NCBI RefSeq assembly: GCF_001735745.1
Contig: NZ_CP017260.1
Coordinates: 2,010,001-2,042,000 of the forward strand
Source: Formosa sp. Hel1_33_131
Lineage (GTDB): Bacteria; Bacteroidota; Bacteroidia; Flavobacteriales; Flavobacteriaceae
Direction of reading: 5' to 3'
DNA: 32,000 bases
Position 1 is the stretch's first letter. Each line of letters opens with the position of its first letter. Made by a program: the position numbers and the translations under genes. Below are positions 8,083 through 16,546 of the stretch, in pieces. Below the pieces are notes generated by a model, which was given only the letters and a program-made list of their open reading frames with translations, did not search any database and was not told where the DNA came from.

Positions 8083-8955
8083 TTAATTAATCATATAACT
8101 ACTTAATTCTTCTGTACTCGTTGTGGTTGATGAAGTTGCAACTGTGCCCGTTGCACCTAATTGTTGGATCAGTAAAATGACTTCATTACTCAGCTGAAAT
8201 CCTTGTGTGCTTTCAGTACGAAGAAGACCAATATCGCCGCCATAATAATAACGAACGGTTAAAACATCTTGAGGTTGGATAACGTTGATGGTTTGGCTCG
8301 TTCCAAAAATTATAACTGTACCTGTGACTGATATGTTAAGTTTTAAGGTCGCCTCATACACATTTGTGTACGTCATGCCATTCACGGAGGTCGTTGGGTA
8401 GAAATTCTCTTTTTTAGTGGTTAAGGAATAACTTATTTCAATCGGAACCATGGTGCCTTGGATGTCAATAATTTCAGAAAAACTATTTGACATATCGGAT
8501 AGGACTTCCCCGTCAGAAGCGTCTAAGTCTAAAATCGTCAGGTCATTAATTGCAGGCATTTGAGTGAGAGGAATGTCAAGAGGAATATCTAATGTTCCCG
8601 TGTATTTTAAGGTAGTTGCGGTTTTAGACAAACTTCCGTTGACTAAAAGAGTATTCATTGTACCAAGTGCAGCCATGCCACTGTTTGCTTGGTATGTAAA
8701 AGAACTCGCCGTTGAGGTTGCTATATATAAAGAATCCGTTCCTGTGAAATTCATTGCAGGAGTGTCAGCACTCGTGCTTTCCACGTCATAAATCCAATAA
8801 TCTCCTAGTGTGGTTGGCGTATAATTTAAAGGATCTGGGTCTGGATCAGGATCTGTCACTTCGATGTCTGGATCTTCACCTTCGTCGTAGGTTTCATTTG
8901 AACAACTAAAAATACTTAATACAAATAAAAATAAAATAGGTTTTAGAGGGCTCAT
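8083..8955 (-). CDS. Hypothetical lipoprotein
   Basis: I moved the start to the internal Met, giving MSPLKPILFLFVLSIFSC (lipoprotein signal peptide with lipobox Cys). An acidic DPDPDPDP linker follows, then a beta-rich Thr/Ser-rich body. I recognise no family. Confidence 0.7.
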   Translation of the reverse strand: MSPLKPILFLFVLSIFSCSNETYDEGEDPDIEVTDPDPDPDPLNYTPTTLGDYWIYDVESTSADTPAMNFTGTDSLYIATSTASSFTYQANSGMAALGTMNTLLVNGSLSKTATTLKYTGTLDIPLDIPLTQMPAINDLTILDLDASDGEVLSDMSNSFSEIIDIQGTMVPIEISYSLTTKKENFYPTTSVNGMTYTNVYEATLKLNISVTGTVIIFGTSQTINVIQPQDVLTVRYYYGGDIGLLRTESTQGFQLSNEVILLIQQLGATGTVATSSTTTSTEELSSYMIN

Positions 8956-9060
8956 AACGCTTTGAATTTGATGTAAATATAGAAAAAAAATCAAAACAAG
9001 AAATCTTAAAAAAAATCTTCTGCTATTTTAAATTGATATAATGAATACTTCTTAAAAACA

Positions 9061-9087
9061 AAAAACCCACTCGTAGAGCAGGTTTTT
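9061..9087 (-). terminator. Probable intrinsic terminator after the HemD-like gene
   Basis: The minus-strand RNA reads ACCUGCUC-UAC-GAGUGGGU, an 8-bp stem including two G.U pairs. It is followed by UUUUUUGUUUUU. Confidence 0.5.
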
Positions 9088-9109
9088 AAAAATTGTAAGG
9101 ATAAAGAAT

Positions 9110-9856
9110 TTATTTTTTATTAACGTTTTGAATGTATTTATTCAAGGCCATTGTCATTGAAGGCATTTCGGTAGTTGGTGCAGAAATATCCACACGAAGG
9201 CCTTTATTTTCAACCGCTTTTACGGTCGTATTGCCAAACACAGCGATTCGCGTATCATTTTGTTTGAAGTTTGGAAAGTTGTGAAATAAAGAATCAATTC
9301 CAGAAGGACTGAAAAACACCAAGATGTCATAATACACATCTGCTAAATCAGATAAATCACTGATGACGGTATTATAAAACACGGCTTGTTTCCACTTCAC
9401 TCCAAGTTCGTTCAGCATTATTGGAACGATCGGTTTTAGTTTATCAGAAGAGGGTAATAAAAATTTCTCTTCTTTGTATTTTTTGATGAGTGGAGAAAGG
9501 TCCTGAAAATTACGTGTACCAACATAAATTTTACGCTTACGATACACTACATATTTTTGTAAATAAAAAGCAACTGCTTCCGATTGGCAGAAATATTTCA
9601 TGCTATCTGGCACTTTAAAACGCATTTCTTCAGCAACTCTAAAGAAATGATCTATAGCATTTCTGCTCGTCATAATGATTGCAGTATAACTTGAAAAATC
9701 AACTTTTTGTAATCGCACTTCTTTAGCTGTGACCCCTTCCACATGAATAAAGGGACGGAAATCAATTTTTACTTTTTGCCTGTCTTGCAAATCGAAGTAA
9801 GGAGAGTTTTCTACTTTTGGTTCGGGTTGAGACACCAAAATTGTTTTTACTTTCAT
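9110..9856 (-). CDS. Uroporphyrinogen-III synthase family (HemD-like) protein
   Basis: 248 aa. The N-terminus KTILVSQPEP and the overall two-lobed pattern resemble the HemD-like proteins annotated in Bacteroidota. This is a family-level call only. Confidence 0.7.
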   Translation of the reverse strand: MKVKTILVSQPEPKVENSPYFDLQDRQKVKIDFRPFIHVEGVTAKEVRLQKVDFSSYTAIIMTSRNAIDHFFRVAEEMRFKVPDSMKYFCQSEAVAFYLQKYVVYRKRKIYVGTRNFQDLSPLIKKYKEEKFLLPSSDKLKPIVPIMLNELGVKWKQAVFYNTVISDLSDLADVYYDILVFFSPSGIDSLFHNFPNFKQNDTRIAVFGNTTVKAVENKGLRVDISAPTTEMPSMTMALNKYIQNVNKK

Positions 9857-9888
9857 AGATCAATTACTCTAAAAGGTTAATTTATATC

Positions 9889-10536
9889 TTACGAAAATAG
9901 CTTACACAATAGTATGTATGGCCCAATTTCGAGAGTGCAAAGATACAAAATAAAATAAAATAAATTATTGATAAGTAGTTTTTGATGCGTTTTAATCGAT
10001 TTTATCAATCCTATCAATAGAATTAACCCAGAAATCACCAATATCAGGACTAACAATGTGTGGTTGTTTGGGACTCCAAATATTAATAAGGAATTGAGAG
10101 GAAGTAACACAACCCCCAAAAAGTTTAAAAAACTAATTTGTTGAAATACATAACTATGAAACAATTTTGGAATGTTAAATAAATAACCAATTCCTAATTC
10201 TAACAAAATCTTGAGCAGTGCTCCAGCTCCTAGTATGCCTGCGAGTTTTAGAAACAGTAGGGCGTCTATTTCTAGATTCTGTACGAAATGCCTGTAGGTA
10301 AGTATCCCGATAAGCGAACCGTTGATGCAGAAATTTATAAACAATACGATGTCAAAAGGATCCAAAAACTTATGATCCTTGAAATAGATTCTCAAATAAT
10401 TGGAGTTCCCAAAGAGTCTTAAAAAGTCTGTAAATCGATTGAAATTTAAAAGCTTAGCACTTACAATAATAGCAAGACTAAATACAATAATTGTAGTATA
10501 TAAATCGTTAAATAGAACCTCTCTAAGCATACACAA
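9889..10536 (-). CDS. Multi-pass membrane protein, DUF4271-like
   Basis: 215 aa with about 6 TM helices. It sits immediately upstream of the HemD-like gene (32-nt gap), the usual Bacteroidota pairing for DUF4271. The start could instead be the Met two codons in. Confidence 0.65.
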   Translation of the reverse strand: MCMLREVLFNDLYTTIIVFSLAIIVSAKLLNFNRFTDFLRLFGNSNYLRIYFKDHKFLDPFDIVLFINFCINGSLIGILTYRHFVQNLEIDALLFLKLAGILGAGALLKILLELGIGYLFNIPKLFHSYVFQQISFLNFLGVVLLPLNSLLIFGVPNNHTLLVLILVISGLILLIGLIKSIKTHQKLLINNLFYFILYLCTLEIGPYILLCKLFS

Positions 10537-10579
10537 ATCTATGAAGAATATTTATAAAAAGAGTCCGCTAAAAATATCT

Positions 10580-10587
10580 TACTTTTG
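10580..10587 (+). promoter_or_regulatory. -7 promoter box candidate (TACTTTTG) for the GT2-pyrC-DUF4296 unit
   Basis: An exact match to the Bacteroidota TAnnTTTG motif, 18 nt upstream of the ATG at 10606. Confidence 0.35.
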
Positions 10588-10605
10588 CTAAAATTTTTCT
10601 ACTGA

Positions 10606-11331
10606 ATGCAAGACGCCATTGTCATCATACCTACCTATAACGAAATTGAAAATATTGAGGGCATCCTAGCGGCTGTGTTTTCTCAATATAAAGAGGTTCA
10701 TGTGTTGGTTGTAGATGATAATTCACCAGATCAAACGGCTCAAAAAGTAGAAGCGCTTCAAGGTACTTATGCTGACCGTCTTTTTTTACTAAAACGAAGT
10801 GGAAAACAGGGATTAGGCACTGCCTATATTGAAGGATTTAAATGGTGTTTGAGTCGTTCCTATGAATTTATTTTTGAGATGGATGCCGATTTTTCTCACA
10901 ACCCTCAGGATCTTCAACGACTTTATGACGCCTGTAAGTTACAGAATGCAGATGTGGCTGTAGGGTCGCGTTACATCAAAGGGGTGAATGTTGTCAATTG
11001 GCCTTTAGCAAGAGTCTTACTTTCCTATGGTGCCTCACTCTATGTTCGCATTATTACAGGGATGAAAGTCCTCGATCCCACTGCAGGTTTTGTGTGTTAC
11101 AAACGAAAGGTTCTTGAGACCATCGATTTGGAGGCTATAAAATTTATTGGTTACGCATTTCAAATTGAAATGAAATATACTGCGTACAAAAAAAACTTTA
11201 GTATCAAAGAAATCCCAATTATCTTTACCGACCGACGCTATGGAGTTTCTAAGCTGAACAAAGGCATCATAAAAGAAGCTATTCTAGGAGTCATCAAAAT
11301 GCGATTAAAAACAATTTTAGGAACATCATAA
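10606..11331 (+). CDS. Polyprenol-phosphate mannosyltransferase (GT2, dolichyl-phosphate mannose synthase-like)
   Basis: 241 aa with GT2 signatures IIPTYNE, VVDDNSPD and EMDADFSH. Confidence 0.9.
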   Translation: MQDAIVIIPTYNEIENIEGILAAVFSQYKEVHVLVVDDNSPDQTAQKVEALQGTYADRLFLLKRSGKQGLGTAYIEGFKWCLSRSYEFIFEMDADFSHNPQDLQRLYDACKLQNADVAVGSRYIKGVNVVNWPLARVLLSYGASLYVRIITGMKVLDPTAGFVCYKRKVLETIDLEAIKFIGYAFQIEMKYTAYKKNFSIKEIPIIFTDRRYGVSKLNKGIIKEAILGVIKMRLKTILGTS

Positions 11332-12678
11332 ATGCACAAAAAATCTATACTCATAAAAAATGCGCGTATTGTCAACGAAGGTGAGATCTTCGAGGGCGAT
11401 GTGTTAATTGAGGATCAATATATCAAAGAAATTTCAAGCTCCATCAGTGTTAAAAACTCCAATATCACGGTTATTGATGCAGAAAATAATTATCTTATTC
11501 CAGGGGTTATTGACGATCAAGTACACTTTAGAGAGCCCGGTTTGACACACAAAGCCACGATTGAAACAGAATCCAGAGCAGCAATTGCAGGCGGGATCAC
11601 CTCTTTTATTGAGATGCCAAACACCAATCCGCAAGCCACTACCATTGAGAAATTAGAAGACAAGTTTCAGATTGCTGCAAATACATCGTCTGCAAACTAC
11701 TCATTTATGTTTGGTGGCACGAATGATAACTTGGACGAAATATTAAAAGTAGATCCGCTTAAAGTCGCAGGGCTTAAATTGTTCTTAGGATCCTCAACAG
11801 GGAATATGCTTGTTGACAATTCAGAAGTTTTAGAAAAAATATTTAAAAGCACCGACTTATTGATATCCGTTCATTGTGAGGACGAAGACACCATCAAAAA
11901 AAATACGGCTCTTTATTTGGAGCGCTATGGCGAAGACATTCCTATCAACTGTCATCCAGAAATTAGAAGTGCAGAAGCCTGTTATATTTCATCGTCAAAA
12001 GCGATTGCCTTGGCAAAAAAAACAGGGGCTCGCTTGCACGTGTTTCATCTTTCAACAGCAAAAGAAACGGCTTTGTTTTCAAACAAAAAACCACTAAAAG
12101 ATAAAAAAATCACCGCTGAGGTTTGTGTACATCACCTGTGGTTTTCAGATGAAGATTATGACAAAAAAGGCACTTTTATCAAATGGAATCCTGCCGTAAA
12201 ATCAGCCAACGATAGAGATGCATTGTGGAAAGCCCTTTTGAACGATAAAATTGATGTGATTGCATCCGATCATGCACCGCATACCCTTGAAGAAAAATCA
12301 AACACCTATACCAAAGCACCTTCTGGCGGGCCGCTTGTACAACATGCGCTAGTAGCCATGATGGAAGCCCATCACAACGGACGGATCTCGATTGAAAAAA
12401 TGGTGGAGAAAATGTGCCATAATCCTGCAATATTATTTCAAATTGAAAAAAGAGGCTATATTAAAGAAGGGTATTTTGCCGATTTAGTACTTGTGAACCC
12501 AAACAATCCTTGGACAGTAACTAAAGATAATTGTCTATACAAATGTGGGTGGTCGCCTTTTGAAGGTTCAACCTTTAAGTCTCGTGTCACACACACCATC
12601 CTCAACGGGACGGTTGTGTATGAAAATGCAAATTTTACAAACCATAATGCAGCCATGCGTTTAACATTTAACAGATGA
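11332..12678 (+). CDS. pyrC: Dihydroorotase (cyclic amidohydrolase)
   Basis: 448 aa with motifs DDQVHFREPG, GLKLFLG, SVHCED, HVFHLST and ASDHAPH. The ATG directly abuts the GT2 stop. Confidence 0.85.
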   Translation: MHKKSILIKNARIVNEGEIFEGDVLIEDQYIKEISSSISVKNSNITVIDAENNYLIPGVIDDQVHFREPGLTHKATIETESRAAIAGGITSFIEMPNTNPQATTIEKLEDKFQIAANTSSANYSFMFGGTNDNLDEILKVDPLKVAGLKLFLGSSTGNMLVDNSEVLEKIFKSTDLLISVHCEDEDTIKKNTALYLERYGEDIPINCHPEIRSAEACYISSSKAIALAKKTGARLHVFHLSTAKETALFSNKKPLKDKKITAEVCVHHLWFSDEDYDKKGTFIKWNPAVKSANDRDALWKALLNDKIDVIASDHAPHTLEEKSNTYTKAPSGGPLVQHALVAMMEAHHNGRISIEKMVEKMCHNPAILFQIEKRGYIKEGYFADLVLVNPNNPWTVTKDNCLYKCGWSPFEGSTFKSRVTHTILNGTVVYENANFTNHNAAMRLTFNR

Positions 12679-13160
12679 AAACAGTCCTTTTAGCAATCAG
12701 TATTTTGTTTTTTATGTCCTGTGAAAACTTAGATATGAAAAAACCGTCTAATTTGATTTCGGAAGATCAAATGGTTGAAATACTATATGATGTAGTGCTT
12801 ATCAATTCTGCAAAAGGAGTGAATAAACAATTACTACAAAAGAACATCAATAACCCTCAAGCCTATGTTTATGAAAAACATAATATTGACAGTCTTCAGT
12901 TTGCAGAAAGCAACGCTTATTACACCTTTAAAAGTGATACTTATAAATCTATATATGAGAAGTTAGAGTTGAAACTAACAACTCAAAAAACGGAATACGA
13001 AGCGCTGCTTGAAGAGAAAAAACGTATTAAGGATTCCATTAGAGAGCGTAAGAAAACTAAAATTGACCCCTTGAATAGTGAGCGTCAAATGAAATTTGAA
13101 TCTAAACTGAAACGTCCTTCGAAAAAATTTGACACACTTCAGAAACGACCGAAGAAATAG
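12675..13160 (+). CDS. DUF4296-like lipoprotein
   Basis: 161 aa. The signal peptide ends in a lipobox (LFFMSC) and the C-terminal tail is Lys/Arg-rich. The start overlaps the pyrC stop (ATGA). Confidence 0.7.
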   Translation: MKTVLLAISILFFMSCENLDMKKPSNLISEDQMVEILYDVVLINSAKGVNKQLLQKNINNPQAYVYEKHNIDSLQFAESNAYYTFKSDTYKSIYEKLELKLTTQKTEYEALLEEKKRIKDSIRERKKTKIDPLNSERQMKFESKLKRPSKKFDTLQKRPKK

Positions 13161-14112
13161 GATTAAATTTAAACTCGGTTTCAGACTCTAAAAATTTATT
13201 TGAACTGTAATAGCTTTTACTCCTTAAAGTTTTACTCAGATTTTTAGTAAGGAGTCTTTTTTTACCTCTTAATTTATGTTTCAACCAATCCAGTCGCCAT
13301 GCGAAAGAGAGCATCCATTTACGCGCTATCTTTTTGGGAGGCGCTAGTTTGAAAGCGTTTGAAATTAATGTTGTGAAATCTAAAAAAGAAAGGTTCTCTG
13401 CAACCATAATATAACGTTCATTTTTGCGGTCGCTATTCATTAAAGAAACCATTCCTTTTATAACATCAGTGACACCCACATAGCCAGAAACGCCTTCTGT
13501 GACATAGCGAAGTCCCTTGTAAACACGCTTAAACAAACCACCACTTCCAGAACGAAAAAACCCAGGGCCTAAAATCACGCCAGGGTTCACAATCACACTT
13601 GGAACACCTTCTTGAATACCACGCCAAACTTCCATTTCAGCTTCATACTTTGTAATCGCATACACACTTTGATGGTCTTCTGGATTCCATGTCGTTTCTT
13701 CCGTTATTTTCACAGGATCATACCCCATCGTGGCGACAGAACTCACATAGCACAATTTCTGAATGCCGTTAATAACACTCAGATTTACAATGTTTGCGGT
13801 TCCTGAAATATTTGTTTCTCGTAATTTATAATAATCGTTTGGGTCAAATGAAATTAAGGCGGCACAATGGTACACATGCGTTACGCCTTTAAAAGCTTCA
13901 GCAAGTTTTGGAAGGTCATTTAAATCAGACTGGACCCACTCAATTCTATCAAACTGAGCATCAACAGAATCTGTGTAATAAGAGAAGATGTGCTTCACCT
14001 TTTCAATAGTTTTTTGGCTACGATAGAGGGCGCAAATCTTTTGTTGAGACTTTGTAAGTTCAAACAACAAATGACTTCCGACCAATCCTGTACCTCCCGT
14101 GACTAATATCAT
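13102..14112 (-). CDS. NAD-dependent epimerase/dehydratase family protein
   Basis: 336 aa with a Rossmann motif VTGGTGLVGSHL and a catalytic YxxxK (YAITKYE). Confidence 0.85.
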   Translation of the reverse strand: MILVTGGTGLVGSHLLFELTKSQQKICALYRSQKTIEKVKHIFSYYTDSVDAQFDRIEWVQSDLNDLPKLAEAFKGVTHVYHCAALISFDPNDYYKLRETNISGTANIVNLSVINGIQKLCYVSSVATMGYDPVKITEETTWNPEDHQSVYAITKYEAEMEVWRGIQEGVPSVIVNPGVILGPGFFRSGSGGLFKRVYKGLRYVTEGVSGYVGVTDVIKGMVSLMNSDRKNERYIMVAENLSFLDFTTLISNAFKLAPPKKIARKWMLSFAWRLDWLKHKLRGKKRLLTKNLSKTLRSKSYYSSNKFLESETEFKFNPISSVVSEVCQIFSKDVSV

Positions 14113-14158
14113 ACCACTAAATTACTATTTTTTCTTTTCTCGTCGCTAATGAATCTGT

Positions 14159-14166
14159 TATCTTTG
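14159..14166 (+). promoter_or_regulatory. -7 promoter box candidate (TATCTTTG) for tyrS
   Basis: An exact TAnnTTTG match, 20 nt upstream of the tyrS ATG. Confidence 0.35.
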
Positions 14167-14186
14167 TCTTAATTAAATTTATTAGA

Positions 14187-15482
14187 ATGGCCAGTAATTT
14201 TATTGAAGTCTTAGGTTGGAGAGGAATGATCCATGATGTTATGCCCGGAGCAGAAGAACATTTGTTAGAACAAATGAGAAGTGCTTATGTCGGTTTTGAC
14301 CCCACTGCGGACTCTCTACACATAGGAAACCTTGTACCAATCATGCTGTTGGCGCACTACCAACAATGTGGACACAAGCCATTTGCCTTGGTTGGAGGAG
14401 CTACTGGAATGATTGGAGATCCTTCAGGGAAATCGACGGAACGAAATTTTCTAGACGAAAAAACACTGCGTCACAACCAAGAAGCCATAAAAAGTCAACT
14501 TGCTCATTTTTTAGATTTTGATAGCGGTGAAAAAAATGCCGCCGTCCTTGTCAATAATTACGACTGGATGAAAGACTTTTCATTTTTAGCTTTTATTAGA
14601 GATGTAGGAAAGCATATTACAGTCAACTACATGATGGCGAAAGATTCTGTGAAAAACAGAATTTCAGCAGAAAGTTCCGATGGGATGAGTTTTACAGAGT
14701 TCACCTATCAATTGGTACAAGGCTATGATTTCCTTCATTTATTTAAGGCACACGACTGTACCATTCAGATGGGCGGTAGCGACCAATGGGGAAATATTAC
14801 CACAGGTACGGAACTCATCAGACGTGTAGGAAATGGAAAAGGATTTGCAATTACCTGTCCTTTGATCACAAAATCAGACGGTTCAAAATTTGGAAAAAGT
14901 GAAGGTGGAAATGTATGGTTAGATGCCAAACGAACTTCGCCTTATAAATTTTATCAATATTGGTTAAATTCCAGTGATGATGATGCCGAAAAATACATTA
15001 AAATATTTACGTTTTTAGAAGAAGAAGAGATTAAATCGCTCATTGAAGCACATAAAGAACAACCCCATTTAAGACAACTCCAAAAACGTTTGGCACAAGA
15101 AATCACTACGATGGTGCACAGTCAAGCTGATTTTGAAAATGCTGAAAAAGCCTCTACTATTTTATACAGTAAATCGTTTAAAGCAGACATTCAAACTTTG
15201 GATGAAGCCACTTTTTTAGATGTATTTGAAGGCGTTCCAACGGCGGATGTTTCAAAAACACTTTTAGAATCTGGTTTAGATATGATCGCTGCACTCTCCG
15301 CAGAAACAAATTTTTTAGCCTCCAATGGCGAAGCGCGTCGGGCATTAAAAGAAAATTCAATTTCGGTGAATAAAGAAAAAGTAGGAGAGGACTATAAGAT
15401 TTCAAGTTCTGATTTGATTAACGATACCTATGTGATTATCAATCGTGGGAAACGCAGCACCTTTATCATTCGAGTGGTTTAA
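14187..15482 (+). CDS. tyrS: Tyrosine--tRNA ligase
   Basis: 431 aa with a class I HIGH motif (SLHIGN), a KMSKS-type motif (KFGKS) and a C-terminal S4-like domain. Confidence 0.97.
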   Translation: MASNFIEVLGWRGMIHDVMPGAEEHLLEQMRSAYVGFDPTADSLHIGNLVPIMLLAHYQQCGHKPFALVGGATGMIGDPSGKSTERNFLDEKTLRHNQEAIKSQLAHFLDFDSGEKNAAVLVNNYDWMKDFSFLAFIRDVGKHITVNYMMAKDSVKNRISAESSDGMSFTEFTYQLVQGYDFLHLFKAHDCTIQMGGSDQWGNITTGTELIRRVGNGKGFAITCPLITKSDGSKFGKSEGGNVWLDAKRTSPYKFYQYWLNSSDDDAEKYIKIFTFLEEEEIKSLIEAHKEQPHLRQLQKRLAQEITTMVHSQADFENAEKASTILYSKSFKADIQTLDEATFLDVFEGVPTADVSKTLLESGLDMIAALSAETNFLASNGEARRALKENSISVNKEKVGEDYKISSSDLINDTYVIINRGKRSTFIIRVV

Positions 15483-16465
15483 AGCACCATCAAATTACAG
15501 CCTCTAATGTCGGACTGATCAAAGCGACCTAAAATTTCAAAACTGCCATCGGGCTTCATTTTACCTAAATCTTGAGTGGCAATAAACGCACAGGAATTGA
15601 TGTTAGCCAAGTCAACAATATTCACCCCACCTGATTTTCCAATTGGTTGAATGGTCAGTGCATCTTCTGGATCTCTTGTCAGAATTTTCATCCATGGTGG
15701 TGTGTCAAAAACACCATTTCCTTTAGAGTAGGCTTGCGACAACAACTCCGTCATTCCGTATTCGCTATGAATGCTGTCCACGCCAAATCCTTGTTTCAAA
15801 ATTTCATGTAATTCCGATTTCACAAGTTCTTTTCGTTGGCCTTTCATACCACCCGTTTCCATGATGATGGTGTGTTTTAATTTGAATGAATGCGCTTCAA
15901 TCAAATCTAATAACGCATAAGAAACCCCCATGAGCAAGGTTTTTTGACCTTTAGCTTCTAGGGCAATTAAGGTATTTTTCAGGGCTTCTAAATCGTGCAG
16001 ATAAAATCCACTTTCAGGCTGTTTGGACTGTTCAATCATGTCATTAGCCATATAGACCAAAGACGAGCCTTCGCGCTCCAAATAAGAAGGTAACAGTGCT
16101 AATACAGTGTAGTTTTCAATGTTTCCATAAAACGATTTGAACCCACTTCTAAAACTTTGTTTGTAAACCTCCAAATCACTCACATGGTGTTTGCTCAACA
16201 CACTCCCTGTGGTGCCACTGCTTGTAAACGTGGCTTCCGCTGCTTTGTTAGTGGATACAATGGTATGGGTTTTGAAAAATTCAATCGGTAAAAAGGGAAT
16301 CTGTTCTACAGAGTTGACTTCACTTGGGTGTATATAAAGTAAATCACAAAACGAGCGATAGACCGAATTATGTTCAAATTGAAATTTGAACACGTCTAAA
16401 GCGATGGCTTTAAAATCGGCTTCGGATTGGATGTTGAAAATTGAATTGTTGATGTTCATGTACAT
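15479..16465 (-). CDS. LuxE/PaaK-like acyl-adenylate-forming acyltransferase
   Basis: 328 aa with the AMP-binding-type motif FTSSGTTGS. The overall pattern resembles the 'acyl transferase' (LuxE-like) proteins conserved in Flavobacteriia. Confidence 0.65.
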   Translation of the reverse strand: MYMNINNSIFNIQSEADFKAIALDVFKFQFEHNSVYRSFCDLLYIHPSEVNSVEQIPFLPIEFFKTHTIVSTNKAAEATFTSSGTTGSVLSKHHVSDLEVYKQSFRSGFKSFYGNIENYTVLALLPSYLEREGSSLVYMANDMIEQSKQPESGFYLHDLEALKNTLIALEAKGQKTLLMGVSYALLDLIEAHSFKLKHTIIMETGGMKGQRKELVKSELHEILKQGFGVDSIHSEYGMTELLSQAYSKGNGVFDTPPWMKILTRDPEDALTIQPIGKSGGVNIVDLANINSCAFIATQDLGKMKPDGSFEILGRFDQSDIRGCNLMVL

Positions 16466-16496
16466 TAATATTCCAAAACAAAAATAGCTAAAAATT

Positions 16497-16526
16497 AAAG
16501 AGCGTTACCATCGGGCAACGCTCTTT
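16497..16526 (-). terminator. Intrinsic terminator after the T9SS cargo gene at 16547..18259
   Basis: Hairpin AAAGAGCGTTACC-ATCG-GGCAACGCTCTTT, with 12 of 13 positions paired. A U-rich tract follows on the minus strand. It is a near-copy of the hairpin at 18444..18473. Confidence 0.65.
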
Positions 16527-16546
16527 TAAATTATTTTAAAAATGAA

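Noticed and set aside
8829-8860. Short GAT/CCA-type periodicity (ggatctgggtctggatcaggatctg), considered as a possible tandem repeat element
   Set aside because: It encodes the DPDPDPDP linker right after the lipoprotein signal peptide. This is a low-complexity coding linker, not an independent repeat.
15479-15482. tyrS and the LuxE-like gene share a palindromic TTAA as overlapping convergent stop codons
   Set aside because: A 4-nt stop-stop overlap is a trivial consequence of compact packing, with no functional implication I can argue for.
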